Source: Candidatus Nitrosotenuis sp.
Lineage (GTDB): Archaea > Thermoproteota > Nitrososphaeria > Nitrososphaerales > Nitrosopumilaceae
DNA length: 32,000 nt
Reading direction: 5' to 3'
Assembly: GCA_049276655.1 (NCBI GenBank)
Contig: JBASWV010000010.1
Span: 91,757 to 123,756, forward strand
Shown: positions 9,637-16,356 of the stretch, piece by piece
Position numbering within the stretch: the stretch's first letter is position 1
How the letters are laid out: the number at the start of each line of letters is the position of its first letter
The notes under the pieces: generated by a model
The model's database searches: none
Told to the model about the DNA's origin: nothing
Seen by the model: the letters and a program-made list of their open reading frames with translations, nothing else
Translations under genes and position numbers: made by a program

Positions 9637-10179
9637 ATGAAGCCCTCTATAATCAGAAACAGAACAATTTACAACGCGTCATTATTTGCAAGGAGTAAGA
9701 TGATGTGCAGCCATCTCTCAAAAGAGCTGCAGCAAAAATACAACAAAACCAGCATCCGAGTAACGGAGGGCGACACGGTTCGCGTCATGCGCGGCGAGTT
9801 CAAGGGAGTGTCAGGAAAAGTTACACGAGTCTCAACTGAGAGAAATGGAATATCAATCGAAGGAATAAAAAAAGAAAAACTCAAAGGGGGAAATCTCGAC
9901 GTTTTCATTCATACCTCAAATGTCCTGGTGACTGATCTTAACACCGAGGACAAGTGGCGACAAAACAAACTGGAAGGAAAAAACCCCAAGCCTGCAAAGG
10001 AAGTAAAGCCAAAGGAGCAACCAAAGCCCGAGCCAAAACCGGAGCCAAAAGAGATCAAACAGCAAAAAGAAAAACCAAAAGAAGCAAAAAAACCAGAGCC
10101 AAAAAAAGAAACAAAGAAAGAAACCAAAAAAGAATCCAAGCCAAAAACAGTTAAACAATCCAAAAAGGAGGACAAGTAA
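9637..10179 (+). CDS. rpl24: 50S ribosomal protein uL24 with ~75-aa K/E/P-rich C-terminal extension
   Basis: KOW region VTEGDTVRVMRGEFKGVSGKVTRV. The tail is KPAKEVKPKEQPKPEPKPEPKEIKQQKEKPKEAKKPEPKKETKKETKKESKPK... Confidence 0.88.
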   Translation: MKPSIIRNRTIYNASLFARSKMMCSHLSKELQQKYNKTSIRVTEGDTVRVMRGEFKGVSGKVTRVSTERNGISIEGIKKEKLKGGNLDVFIHTSNVLVTDLNTEDKWRQNKLEGKNPKPAKEVKPKEQPKPEPKPEPKEIKQQKEKPKEAKKPEPKKETKKETKKESKPKTVKQSKKEDK

Positions 10180-10895
10180 TGCCACGGATAGCTGGAAGCA
10201 AGAAACTCAAAAGACAAATGGCCCCAATGTTCTGGGGCATCTCAAGAAAGAAGCCTAGATTTGTAACTACGGTACGACCAGGCCCGCACTCAAAGCACTT
10301 TTCGATACCGACTGCGGTATTTCTCAGGGACACACTAAAGCTGGTTACTAGTACGCGCGAGGCAGAATATGCAATTTACAACGGCAAGGTAAAGGTCGAC
10401 GGATTAAAAAGAAAGTCTGTACACCACGGAATAGGCCTGATGGATGTAGTCGAGCTGGACGGAATATCTGACGTCTATAGACTCGTTCCAAAGCAAGGCC
10501 ACATTTTAGAACCGATTAAAATCAAAAACAACGAAAAATCAGTAAAACTGGTCAAGGTGACAAGTAAGACCTCGATTAAAAACAAAAAAACACAGCTCGG
10601 GTTCCATGACGGCCGCTCACTAATCTCAGATATTGATGTCCAGGTGGGTGATTCGTGCCTGATGCAGGTTCCTGAGCAGAAAATCAACGAGGTGCTCAAA
10701 CTGGAAAAAGGCTCAAGGGTGCTTGTCACAAAGGGAGTCAACGCAGGACAGATTGCAGAAGTAAAGGACATCAAAGAGGGAACGTTTGTACTACCAAAGC
10801 GTGCCTTGCTGTCATTTGGGCAAAGAGAAATCGAGATCCCGGCAGAACTGGTTATGGTAGTGGGTAAAAAGGAGCCAATTATCCAAGTAGCGTGA
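10179..10895 (+). CDS. rps4e: 30S ribosomal protein eS4
   Basis: 238 aa. GSKKLKRQMAP.FWGISRKK..FVTTVRPGPH is the archaeal/eukaryotic S4e N-terminus. TAATG junction with rpl24. Confidence 0.92.
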   Translation: MPRIAGSKKLKRQMAPMFWGISRKKPRFVTTVRPGPHSKHFSIPTAVFLRDTLKLVTSTREAEYAIYNGKVKVDGLKRKSVHHGIGLMDVVELDGISDVYRLVPKQGHILEPIKIKNNEKSVKLVKVTSKTSIKNKKTQLGFHDGRSLISDIDVQVGDSCLMQVPEQKINEVLKLEKGSRVLVTKGVNAGQIAEVKDIKEGTFVLPKRALLSFGQREIEIPAELVMVVGKKEPIIQVA

Positions 10896-10899
10896 TACT

Positions 10900-11415
10900 A
10901 TGTCCGAACAACACGTAATGAAAAAAATTAGACTAGAAAAAGTCGTCCTAAACATGGGCGTCGGAAAATCTGGCGAAGCCATCGAGGTGGCAAAAAAAGC
11001 ACTAGATCAGATCACTGGCAAGAAATCTTGCGCCCGTGATGCCAAAGAAACCCAACGTGATTGGGGAGTAAGAAAAGGCGAACCAATCGGCGTTGCAGTG
11101 ACCATACGTGGCGAGGATGCGGCAAAACTTCTCAAAAGACTCTTTGATGCGGTAGGAAACAAAATCAAAGGAAGATCGTTTGACAATTTCGGAAACATTT
11201 CGTTTGGAATCAAAGAACACATCGACATACCTGGAATCAAGTATGACCCGCAGATTGGAATCTTGGGCCTAGAGGCGGCAGTCACGCTCACAAGACCTGG
11301 GTTTAGCATCCGAGTCAGAAGCAGACACAAGGCAAGCGTCGGAACCCACCACAGGATCTCAAAGGACGAAGCGATTGAATTTTTAACTAGTGAGTTTGGA
11401 GTTGCAATAGTATAA
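10900..11415 (+). CDS. rpl5: 50S ribosomal protein uL5
   Basis: 171 aa. [17 protein letters not shown]...[25 protein letters not shown]. Confidence 0.93.
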   Translation: MSEQHVMKKIRLEKVVLNMGVGKSGEAIEVAKKALDQITGKKSCARDAKETQRDWGVRKGEPIGVAVTIRGEDAAKLLKRLFDAVGNKIKGRSFDNFGNISFGIKEHIDIPGIKYDPQIGILGLEAAVTLTRPGFSIRVRSRHKASVGTHHRISKDEAIEFLTSEFGVAIV

Positions 11416-11591
11416 TGAAAGATCGTACTTACAAATACACCGGCAGAAAAGAGCACAAGTTCGGCAAAGGCTCCAGATGGTGCAAAAGATGCGGCGACTA
11501 TACTGCCGTAATTCAAAAATACAATCTCATGATATGCAGACGTTGCTTCAGAGAGGTAGCAAATTCGCTAGGATTTGCAAAATATAGGTGA
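11415..11591 (+). CDS. rps14: 30S ribosomal protein uS14 (zinc-binding type Z)
   Basis: Not in the ORF track (58 aa). My translation: [58 protein letters not shown], with a CxxC...CxxC zinc knuckle. TAATG junction with rpl5. Canonical position between uL5 and uS8. Confidence 0.85.
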   Translation: MKDRTYKYTGRKEHKFGKGSRWCKRCGDYTAVIQKYNLMICRRCFREVANSLGFAKYR

Positions 11592-11596
11592 GAAAA

Positions 11597-11989
11597 ATGC
11601 CGACAACTAATATCCTCTCAAATCTATTCAATACTCTGTACAATAACGAAGCAAGAAGAAGGACAGAATGCGTGATTTTGCCCACATCGAAACTTGCAAT
11701 CGAGGTGCTCAAAACACTCCAAAAACACAACTATGTCGGCGAATTTGAGCATGTGGAGGACGGACGAGGAGGAAAGTTCAAGATTAGGCTCTTGGCGCAC
11801 ATAACAAAATGCGGCGCAGTCACTCCGAGATTCAAGGTAAAAAAGAATGAATTTACAGACTGGGAGCAGCAATACCTGCCTGCATACAACCGAGGCATGC
11901 TGGTAGTGACCACAAACCAGGGGGTAATGTCGCACCACGAGGCAGAAAACAAGGGAATTGGGGGGTTCTTACTAGGATATGTCTACTAA
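11597..11989 (+). CDS. rps8: 30S ribosomal protein uS8
   Basis: MPTTNILSNLFNTLYNNEARRRTECVILPTSKL...GGFLLGYVY. I prefer ATG 11597 over the track's GTG 11588, which lies inside the rps14 stop region. Confidence 0.92.
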   Translation: MPTTNILSNLFNTLYNNEARRRTECVILPTSKLAIEVLKTLQKHNYVGEFEHVEDGRGGKFKIRLLAHITKCGAVTPRFKVKKNEFTDWEQQYLPAYNRGMLVVTTNQGVMSHHEAENKGIGGFLLGYVY

Positions 11990-12536
11990 GCAAGTCGAGA
12001 TTTTCCAAACCACCTTTGAGGTCCCGCAAAAAGTCAAAGTTTCACTAAACAAACACATGTTGCTAGTGGAAGGACCGCTGGGCAAAATCTACAAGAACTT
12101 TAAGAGAATCCCAGTCGAGCTCGAAGTCAAAGACAACAAAGTCACGATAAAGGCGCTCAGTACCAGAAAAAAGTATTATGCCATAGCAAACACGGCGTTT
12201 TCAATAATTCGCAGTCTGTGTGAGGGTGTGGTGGATGGATATACATTAAAAATGAAGGTAGTCTATGCCCACTTTCCGATAACTGTCAAGACAAAAGATG
12301 ATTTGGTACTAATCGAGAACTTTCAGGGCGAAAGGGCCCCACGGGTGGCAAAAATCCACGGCGCAACAAAAGTCGTGGCAAAAGGAGACGACATCACAAT
12401 CACAGGCCCTGTACTAAACCACGTGACCCAGACAGCTGCCGGCATACAATCTGTCACCAAGGTGAAAAACAAAGATCACCGTGTCTTTTTGGATGGCATC
12501 TACCTGTACCACAAGGCCAAAGGCATCGAAAAATAA
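11979..12536 (+). CDS. rpl6: 50S ribosomal protein uL6
   Basis: 185 aa, two-domain L6 pattern (VEGPLGKIYKNF..., VYAHFPITVK...IENFQGERAPRVAKI). Confidence 0.92.
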   Translation: MSTKQVEIFQTTFEVPQKVKVSLNKHMLLVEGPLGKIYKNFKRIPVELEVKDNKVTIKALSTRKKYYAIANTAFSIIRSLCEGVVDGYTLKMKVVYAHFPITVKTKDDLVLIENFQGERAPRVAKIHGATKVVAKGDDITITGPVLNHVTQTAAGIQSVTKVKNKDHRVFLDGIYLYHKAKGIEK

Positions 12537-12590
12537 TTTCCAAACTTCAAAGTAAGAATTAAATCGCATACATCTAGGTACAAACGTGTT

Positions 12591-12664
12591 GCCGCCCTAG
12601 CTCAGCGTGGTAGAGCGCCTGACTGTTAATCAGGGGGTCGTCAGTTCAAGTCTGACGGGCGGCG
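12591..12664 (+). tRNA. tRNA-Asn (anticodon GTT)
   Basis: Hand-folded cloverleaf. Acceptor GCCGCCC/GGGCGGC; D stem GCTC/GAGC; anticodon stem CCTGA/TCAGG with loop CT-GTT-AA; T stem GTCAG/CTGAC with loop TTCAAGT; discriminator G. No encoded CCA. AT-rich box GAATTAAAT lies ~30 nt upstream. Confidence 0.9.
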
Positions 12665-12671
12665 CCTAATC

Positions 12672-12693
12672 TTTCTAAACTCGAGTTCTGAAA
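12672..12693. repeat. 22-bp palindrome family, copy 1 (TTTCTAAACTCGAGTTCTGAAA, imperfect)
   Basis: Starts 8 nt after the tRNA-Asn 3' end. Shares TTTC.AAA.TCGA.TT..GAAA with the other three copies. Confidence 0.7.
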
Positions 12694-12752
12694 CATGGTC
12701 TTTTTGAAGTTGCCATCACGAGGCGTTGACGGCACAGCTTAATTTTTGGACA

Positions 12753-12774
12753 TTTCAAAATTCGAGTTTAGAAA
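12753..12774. repeat. 22-bp palindrome family, copy 2 (TTTCAAAATTCGAGTTTAGAAA)
   Basis: Lies ~90 nt upstream of the TTG start at 12866, followed by TATTG as in copy 3 (CATTG). Confidence 0.7.
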
Positions 12775-12865
12775 TATTGATCGTTGCAACCGTCTGGGTT
12801 TATTCTATTAGACCACTCCGATCTAATATCTGATCGCACATTAGGAGTAATGCAGGAGGTTTACA

Positions 12866-13114
12866 TTGGCCAGAACTAGGAGGGCCAATCGTTATTGCAT
12901 TGATTGCGGCGGTAGACTGACCTACTACCCACGACTTTCAAACCCAAAGGCGCCAAACGAACACCGTGTTTTGGTGTATGCGTGCCCAGATTGCACCAAA
13001 GACTTTGAAAAACCAAAACTCTTGTCAATAAGGCGAAACCAGGTAGAAGACCCGCTTGAGACGGTCGAAGTCGAAATACTTGAATCTCGGGAAAAACCGG
13101 CAATAGTTAACTAA
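12866..13114 (+). CDS. Hypothetical zinc-ribbon protein (CxxC...CxxC)
   Basis: 82 aa. RYCIDCGGRL...VYACPDCTK gives two Cys pairs. The TTG start is preceded by AGGAGGT (12854-12860), a good Shine-Dalgarno match at 5-nt spacing. Confidence 0.5.
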   Translation: MARTRRANRYCIDCGGRLTYYPRLSNPKAPNEHRVLVYACPDCTKDFEKPKLLSIRRNQVEDPLETVEVEILESREKPAIVN

Positions 13115-13513
13115 GTTTTGGCAAAAAACACCCACCCTTTTGAGACTTAACTGGCACTAAAAACAAGTCACCTGACGCCTAGGCCTGATCAGACATGGTC
13201 GGAGATTCTGCCAAAGTTTGGCAAAAATGGGGGGGTTTAGCTTTTCTTCGTAGCAAAAATAGTTTGGTCATCTTTAGCTGGGCAATGGGGGTGTTTTGGT
13301 GCTTGGCCACCATAGATACGAACAAACGTTAAACCCCCACTAAAAATCGGCATTTTTGAAAAAATCGCTTTACTCGTAAACTGGAGTTGTATGGGAGGGG
13401 GTTTAGCTTTTACGAATAAAACCAATCTGTGCTATATTTTTGAGAATTTATTGGATTTTTGAAGCAGAGCAAAAACATCGGGCCTAAAATGACGCATTCT
13501 GGGCGATTCGGGG

Positions 13514-14845
13514 CTAACTTTCGTATACGGATTTCATCATCTTGACCATCTCTTCTTTTGGTAGCTGGCCCATTATGTTGTAGACCTCGCCATCGGTGCA
13601 CAATCTCAGCAAACTCCCATTCACATTCTCGAATTCAGAAGAACCCACAAAAATTGTAATATTTCCATTGATTGGCTCTGCTGGCTCTAGGTTGTTCATA
13701 CAGTCTCGTCTGGCATCGTTCATGAGGTAATAATCAATCACAATTCCGCCTTTTTGGAAATATTCAATCCTCTTCTTGTAATGAGTGAGAAACTCTAGAT
13801 TTTCAGTCAAAATTCCAGTACGGTCATAACCAATGAGAACCTCATTTGTTGTTACCATGGCAGTGCATCCGTATTCGTACCCCTCTGGCAGGTAACTGGG
13901 AAACTTTAACTCCACACCAGTCTGTGAATAAATGGACTTTGCTTCGCTCATGCTCATGCACTGATCTGGTTTTTTGACCAGAACCGACCCATACAACTCA
14001 AAGGGCTGGACGGTGTATACGTATGGTATCTTTCCACCGGCGTAGTGGTTCCTAAAGTAATAGGTAAGCGACATGTTTGGCGGAATGGTGTAGCTATCTG
14101 GCGAATAACCCTCGTCTTTTTTTGGCTTTAGCATAGTGAAAACGAGTCTGACATCCTCGTCTAGCTGATTGCTGAATACCATTGTATCGTTAAAATCAAG
14201 ATAAGTTACAACGTCTGCATTGGACAGGATTGGCTTGCCTAGCTCATTTTTTGTTATGTTGATTTGGTTAAAGTCTTCGTACGGCGGAATCATGGGGTCA
14301 AAGTCTAGCTGAAAGAGGTACTGCATTCCCTTATAATCAAAAAAGCAGTTGTATTGAATCATCGAGTACGCCAAATCTGTACGTGTATTTCCATGCCTGT
14401 CAGCCGGCTCGATTATTTTTTCATCAAAGTCATACAAACCGAGATAGTTTATGGCTTCTTGCGGTAATATCTCAAAACGAGTCCCTTGTAACTGAAAACC
14501 TACCCCATAAGACGGGTCATACCAAGAATCATTTACCCTTTCTGCCTTCCGCAACGAGTCTACGAATTGTTTTGAAAAGCGTTGCACATAGATTTCATCT
14601 GATATCTCAAAGCACGTCCTGGACGCATCAAATTTGGCCGATTTGCTGATAACGACATCTACGTTTCGGCTGACAAGGTGTGTATATTTTGGATCATAGT
14701 TTTGTGTGTCTGCATGATTTGGATTTTCCATGATGGCGATGATGGTTACCAATAATGACAGAGAACCTATGGTCACAACCAGTCCATATTCGAATGGTTT
14801 CATGGCGCATCTAGTTTTCCTTGATTGAAAAATTCTTCTAAACAT
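13514..14845 (-). CDS. Hypothetical membrane-anchored extracellular protein (443 aa)
   Basis: Long clean ORF. The N-terminus has basic residues then a hydrophobic helix (YGLVVTIGSLSLLVTIIAI). No recognisable catalytic motif. The C-terminal FPSYLPEGYEY region vaguely recalls DUF4367-like domains. An alternative start is ATG 14803 (MKPFEYG...). Confidence 0.6.
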   Translation of the reverse strand: MFRRIFQSRKTRCAMKPFEYGLVVTIGSLSLLVTIIAIMENPNHADTQNYDPKYTHLVSRNVDVVISKSAKFDASRTCFEISDEIYVQRFSKQFVDSLRKAERVNDSWYDPSYGVGFQLQGTRFEILPQEAINYLGLYDFDEKIIEPADRHGNTRTDLAYSMIQYNCFFDYKGMQYLFQLDFDPMIPPYEDFNQINITKNELGKPILSNADVVTYLDFNDTMVFSNQLDEDVRLVFTMLKPKKDEGYSPDSYTIPPNMSLTYYFRNHYAGGKIPYVYTVQPFELYGSVLVKKPDQCMSMSEAKSIYSQTGVELKFPSYLPEGYEYGCTAMVTTNEVLIGYDRTGILTENLEFLTHYKKRIEYFQKGGIVIDYYLMNDARRDCMNNLEPAEPINGNITIFVGSSEFENVNGSLLRLCTDGEVYNIMGQLPKEEMVKMMKSVYES

Positions 14846-14913
14846 TCCTACTGTTCGAAGGCGACATCTTGATGTCCTGATTGCCTGTGTAGTTCGTGCC
14901 TAAAAATTACATA

Positions 14914-14935
14914 TTTCTAAATTCGAATTTAGAAA
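14914..14935. repeat. 22-bp palindrome family, copy 3 (TTTCTAAATTCGAATTTAGAAA, perfect palindrome)
   Basis: Its reverse complement is identical to itself. It lies in the divergent region between the 13514-14845 (-) and 14983-15210 (+) genes, ~20 nt upstream of the TATA-like TTAATTAAA at 14953-14961. Confidence 0.8.
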
Positions 14936-14952
14936 CATTGAAAAAAGATCAA

Positions 14953-14961
14953 TTAATTAAA
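14953..14961 (+). promoter_or_regulatory. TATA-like box (TTAATTAAA) for small peptide gene A
   Basis: Centred 26 nt upstream of ATG 14983, giving leaderless geometry. Confidence 0.4.
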
Positions 14962-14982
14962 CAGGAATCAGATTACCGATCA

Positions 14983-15210
14983 ATGGCTGGTAAAATACTT
15001 GGTCTAGTTGCAATAAGCGTCTTATTGTCTACTATATTGATCATGGCACTCTCATCCGATCAGGATGCGGAAGCAAAACCTTCAAAACAATCACCAAAGC
15101 ACAAGTTCAGCAAGTGGGCAAAAAACAAAGTCTGCGGCGACCAACTGTGTGATGGCATGCCAATCTACAAAGTAAAGCAAAAGATCGGCACGGGATCACC
15201 TCACAAGTAA
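14983..15210 (+). CDS. Small secreted/anchored peptide A, CGDxLC family (75 aa)
   Basis: MAGKILGLVAISVLLSTILIMALSSDQDAEAKPSK...KWAKNKVCGDQLCDG... I prefer ATG 14983 over the track's GTG 14896, which would translate through the palindrome and the TATA box. It is a paralogue of the 15300-15548 product. Confidence 0.55.
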   Translation: MAGKILGLVAISVLLSTILIMALSSDQDAEAKPSKQSPKHKFSKWAKNKVCGDQLCDGMPIYKVKQKIGTGSPHK

Positions 15211-15231
15211 TCCCGTCCTTAACTTTTATTA

Positions 15232-15253
15232 TTTCAAAATTCGAATTTAGAAA
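15232..15253. repeat. 22-bp palindrome family, copy 4 (TTTCAAAATTCGAATTTAGAAA)
   Basis: Sits between the convergent stop codons of peptide genes A (15210) and B (15300). Confidence 0.75.
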
Positions 15254-15299
15254 TATATTATTTTAAGACAGCAAAATAAATTAAAGAATCAGGTCTTGT

Positions 15300-15548
15300 T
15301 TATCTCGAAAAGCCCCTGATGACGTGTTCGCCTTTTCTTAAGCCAATCGTGGTATCGTTTATTGAGCAGAGCTCATCACCGCATACCTTGGAGGGAACTC
15401 TATTCTTTTTCCAAGTGCCGACATCCTTTAGATACTTGCCTTTGGCCTTTATTGCCTCGGCATCAGGCACTATTTCTAATGCGGCCACAATAGTTCCGGC
15501 AAGTAATATCCCTACAGAAAATATTGCAGCAGACATGAGTTTGTTCAT
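15300..15548 (-). CDS. Small secreted/anchored peptide B, CGDxLC family (82 aa)
   Basis: MNKLMSAAIFSVGILLAGTIVAALEIVPDAEAIKAK...TWKKNRVPSKVCGDELCS... It shares with peptide A a signal-like helix, DAEA, W.KN(K/R)V and CGD(Q/E)LC. A TATA-like TTTAATAAT (complement of 15571-15579) is centred 27 nt upstream of the ATG. Confidence 0.55.
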   Translation of the reverse strand: MNKLMSAAIFSVGILLAGTIVAALEIVPDAEAIKAKGKYLKDVGTWKKNRVPSKVCGDELCSINDTTIGLRKGEHVIRGFSR

Positions 15549-15584
15549 GATAAAAATACGCCGAATCTGGATTATTAAACCAAT

Positions 15585-15926
15585 CTAGGAATGAAAGTTG
15601 TGATCTTGGATCGCAACTTGTGATTTGTTTCTCCAAATTGTAGGCAATTTTTCTATTTTTTCGATTATCTCCAAGGCAAGATCGTTGTTTTTTTCCTGCA
15701 ACGCAACAGAAAAGTCGTACCCTAGCTTTATTGCTTCTGGCGACAGTTCTTTTAGGTTTTTGAGATCGAGACCTTCAAGCCTTATTCGTTCGCCAAGTGC
15801 ACACGTCTTCCAGTTATCTGATAGATCCCGGTGTTGTTGTGTTAGGCCTGACTGTAGCATAGCGCGCCACTGCACAAGTTCTAGTTTTATCAGCTGCTCG
15901 GTTTTTTGCGAGTAAAACACGCGCAT
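15585..15926 (-). CDS. Hypothetical protein (113 aa)
   Basis: ORF only, predicted helical. I recognise no motif. Confidence 0.4.
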   Translation of the reverse strand: MRVFYSQKTEQLIKLELVQWRAMLQSGLTQQHRDLSDNWKTCALGERIRLEGLDLKNLKELSPEAIKLGYDFSVALQEKNNDLALEIIEKIEKLPTIWRNKSQVAIQDHNFHS

Positions 15927-16014
15927 ACATTCCTGGTAGCGTGCCTAGCAATTCAACTTTTTGTTAATTCTAGTTTATCATGACTCTATTAAGAAATGAG
16001 GGCATATTTGCGAC

Positions 16015-16356
16015 ATGGAAGAGCTCCAGCTAAAACTATCAATATCAAAAAAGCCTACGGAGACGCAACTCCGAGCCATCGAGGACTGCTTTAAAGAAAT
16101 TCCCCTAGAGGAGATTCTATTGGGCTTGAAATTTGCGAAAAACCGCTGGTCGGCAAAGGACGCCGGCGTCCTCAAAGTCGGCCGCAAAAGCATAATCCAA
16201 AAAGAGGTTCACTCTGTCACAAATGAGCAGGCCCAATGGCGGCTGAAAAACTGGAAAATGATGATCTCAAATTATCGAAGGCGGGGCTACAGCTATCCGA
16301 CAATATCACGCATCAAGAAAATCCTGGTGGAAAAAAGCAAAAAGAAACCTAGATGA
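16015..16356 (+). CDS. Hypothetical basic protein (113 aa)
   Basis: ORF only. K/R-rich C-terminus (YRRRGYSYPTISRIKKILVEKSKKKPR). Divergent from 15585-15926. Confidence 0.4.
   Translation: MEELQLKLSISKKPTETQLRAIEDCFKEIPLEEILLGLKFAKNRWSAKDAGVLKVGRKSIIQKEVHSVTNEQAQWRLKNWKMMISNYRRRGYSYPTISRIKKILVEKSKKKPR

Noticed and set aside
9909-10217. Long minus-strand ORFs (102 and 89 aa, Phe/Gly/Ser/Leu-rich) and a plus-strand 66-aa ORF overlapping the 3' part of rpl24
   Set aside because: They mirror the low-complexity AAA/GAA/CCA tail of uL24 in other frames. They show no start context and have extreme composition. The same applies to the antisense ORFs inside rps3 (8156-8464), rpl3, rpl4 and the other ribosomal genes.
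13115-13513. Possible CRISPR array or tandem repeat in the long gap
   Set aside because: The repeated units are short (about 10-15 nt), occur in both orientations and at irregular spacing. There are no cas genes and no regular repeat-spacer periodicity.
14896-14982. GTG start at 14896 for peptide gene A
   Set aside because: It would translate through the perfect palindrome and the TATA-like box. ATG 14983 gives a canonical signal-peptide N-terminus that parallels paralogue B.
12591-16356. Integrated provirus or integrative element at tRNA-Asn
   Set aside because: I found no integrase gene and no duplicated copy of the tRNA 3' segment (for example TTCAAGTCTGACGGGCGGC) downstream to act as attR. 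It is kept only as a weaker 'accessory block' finding.
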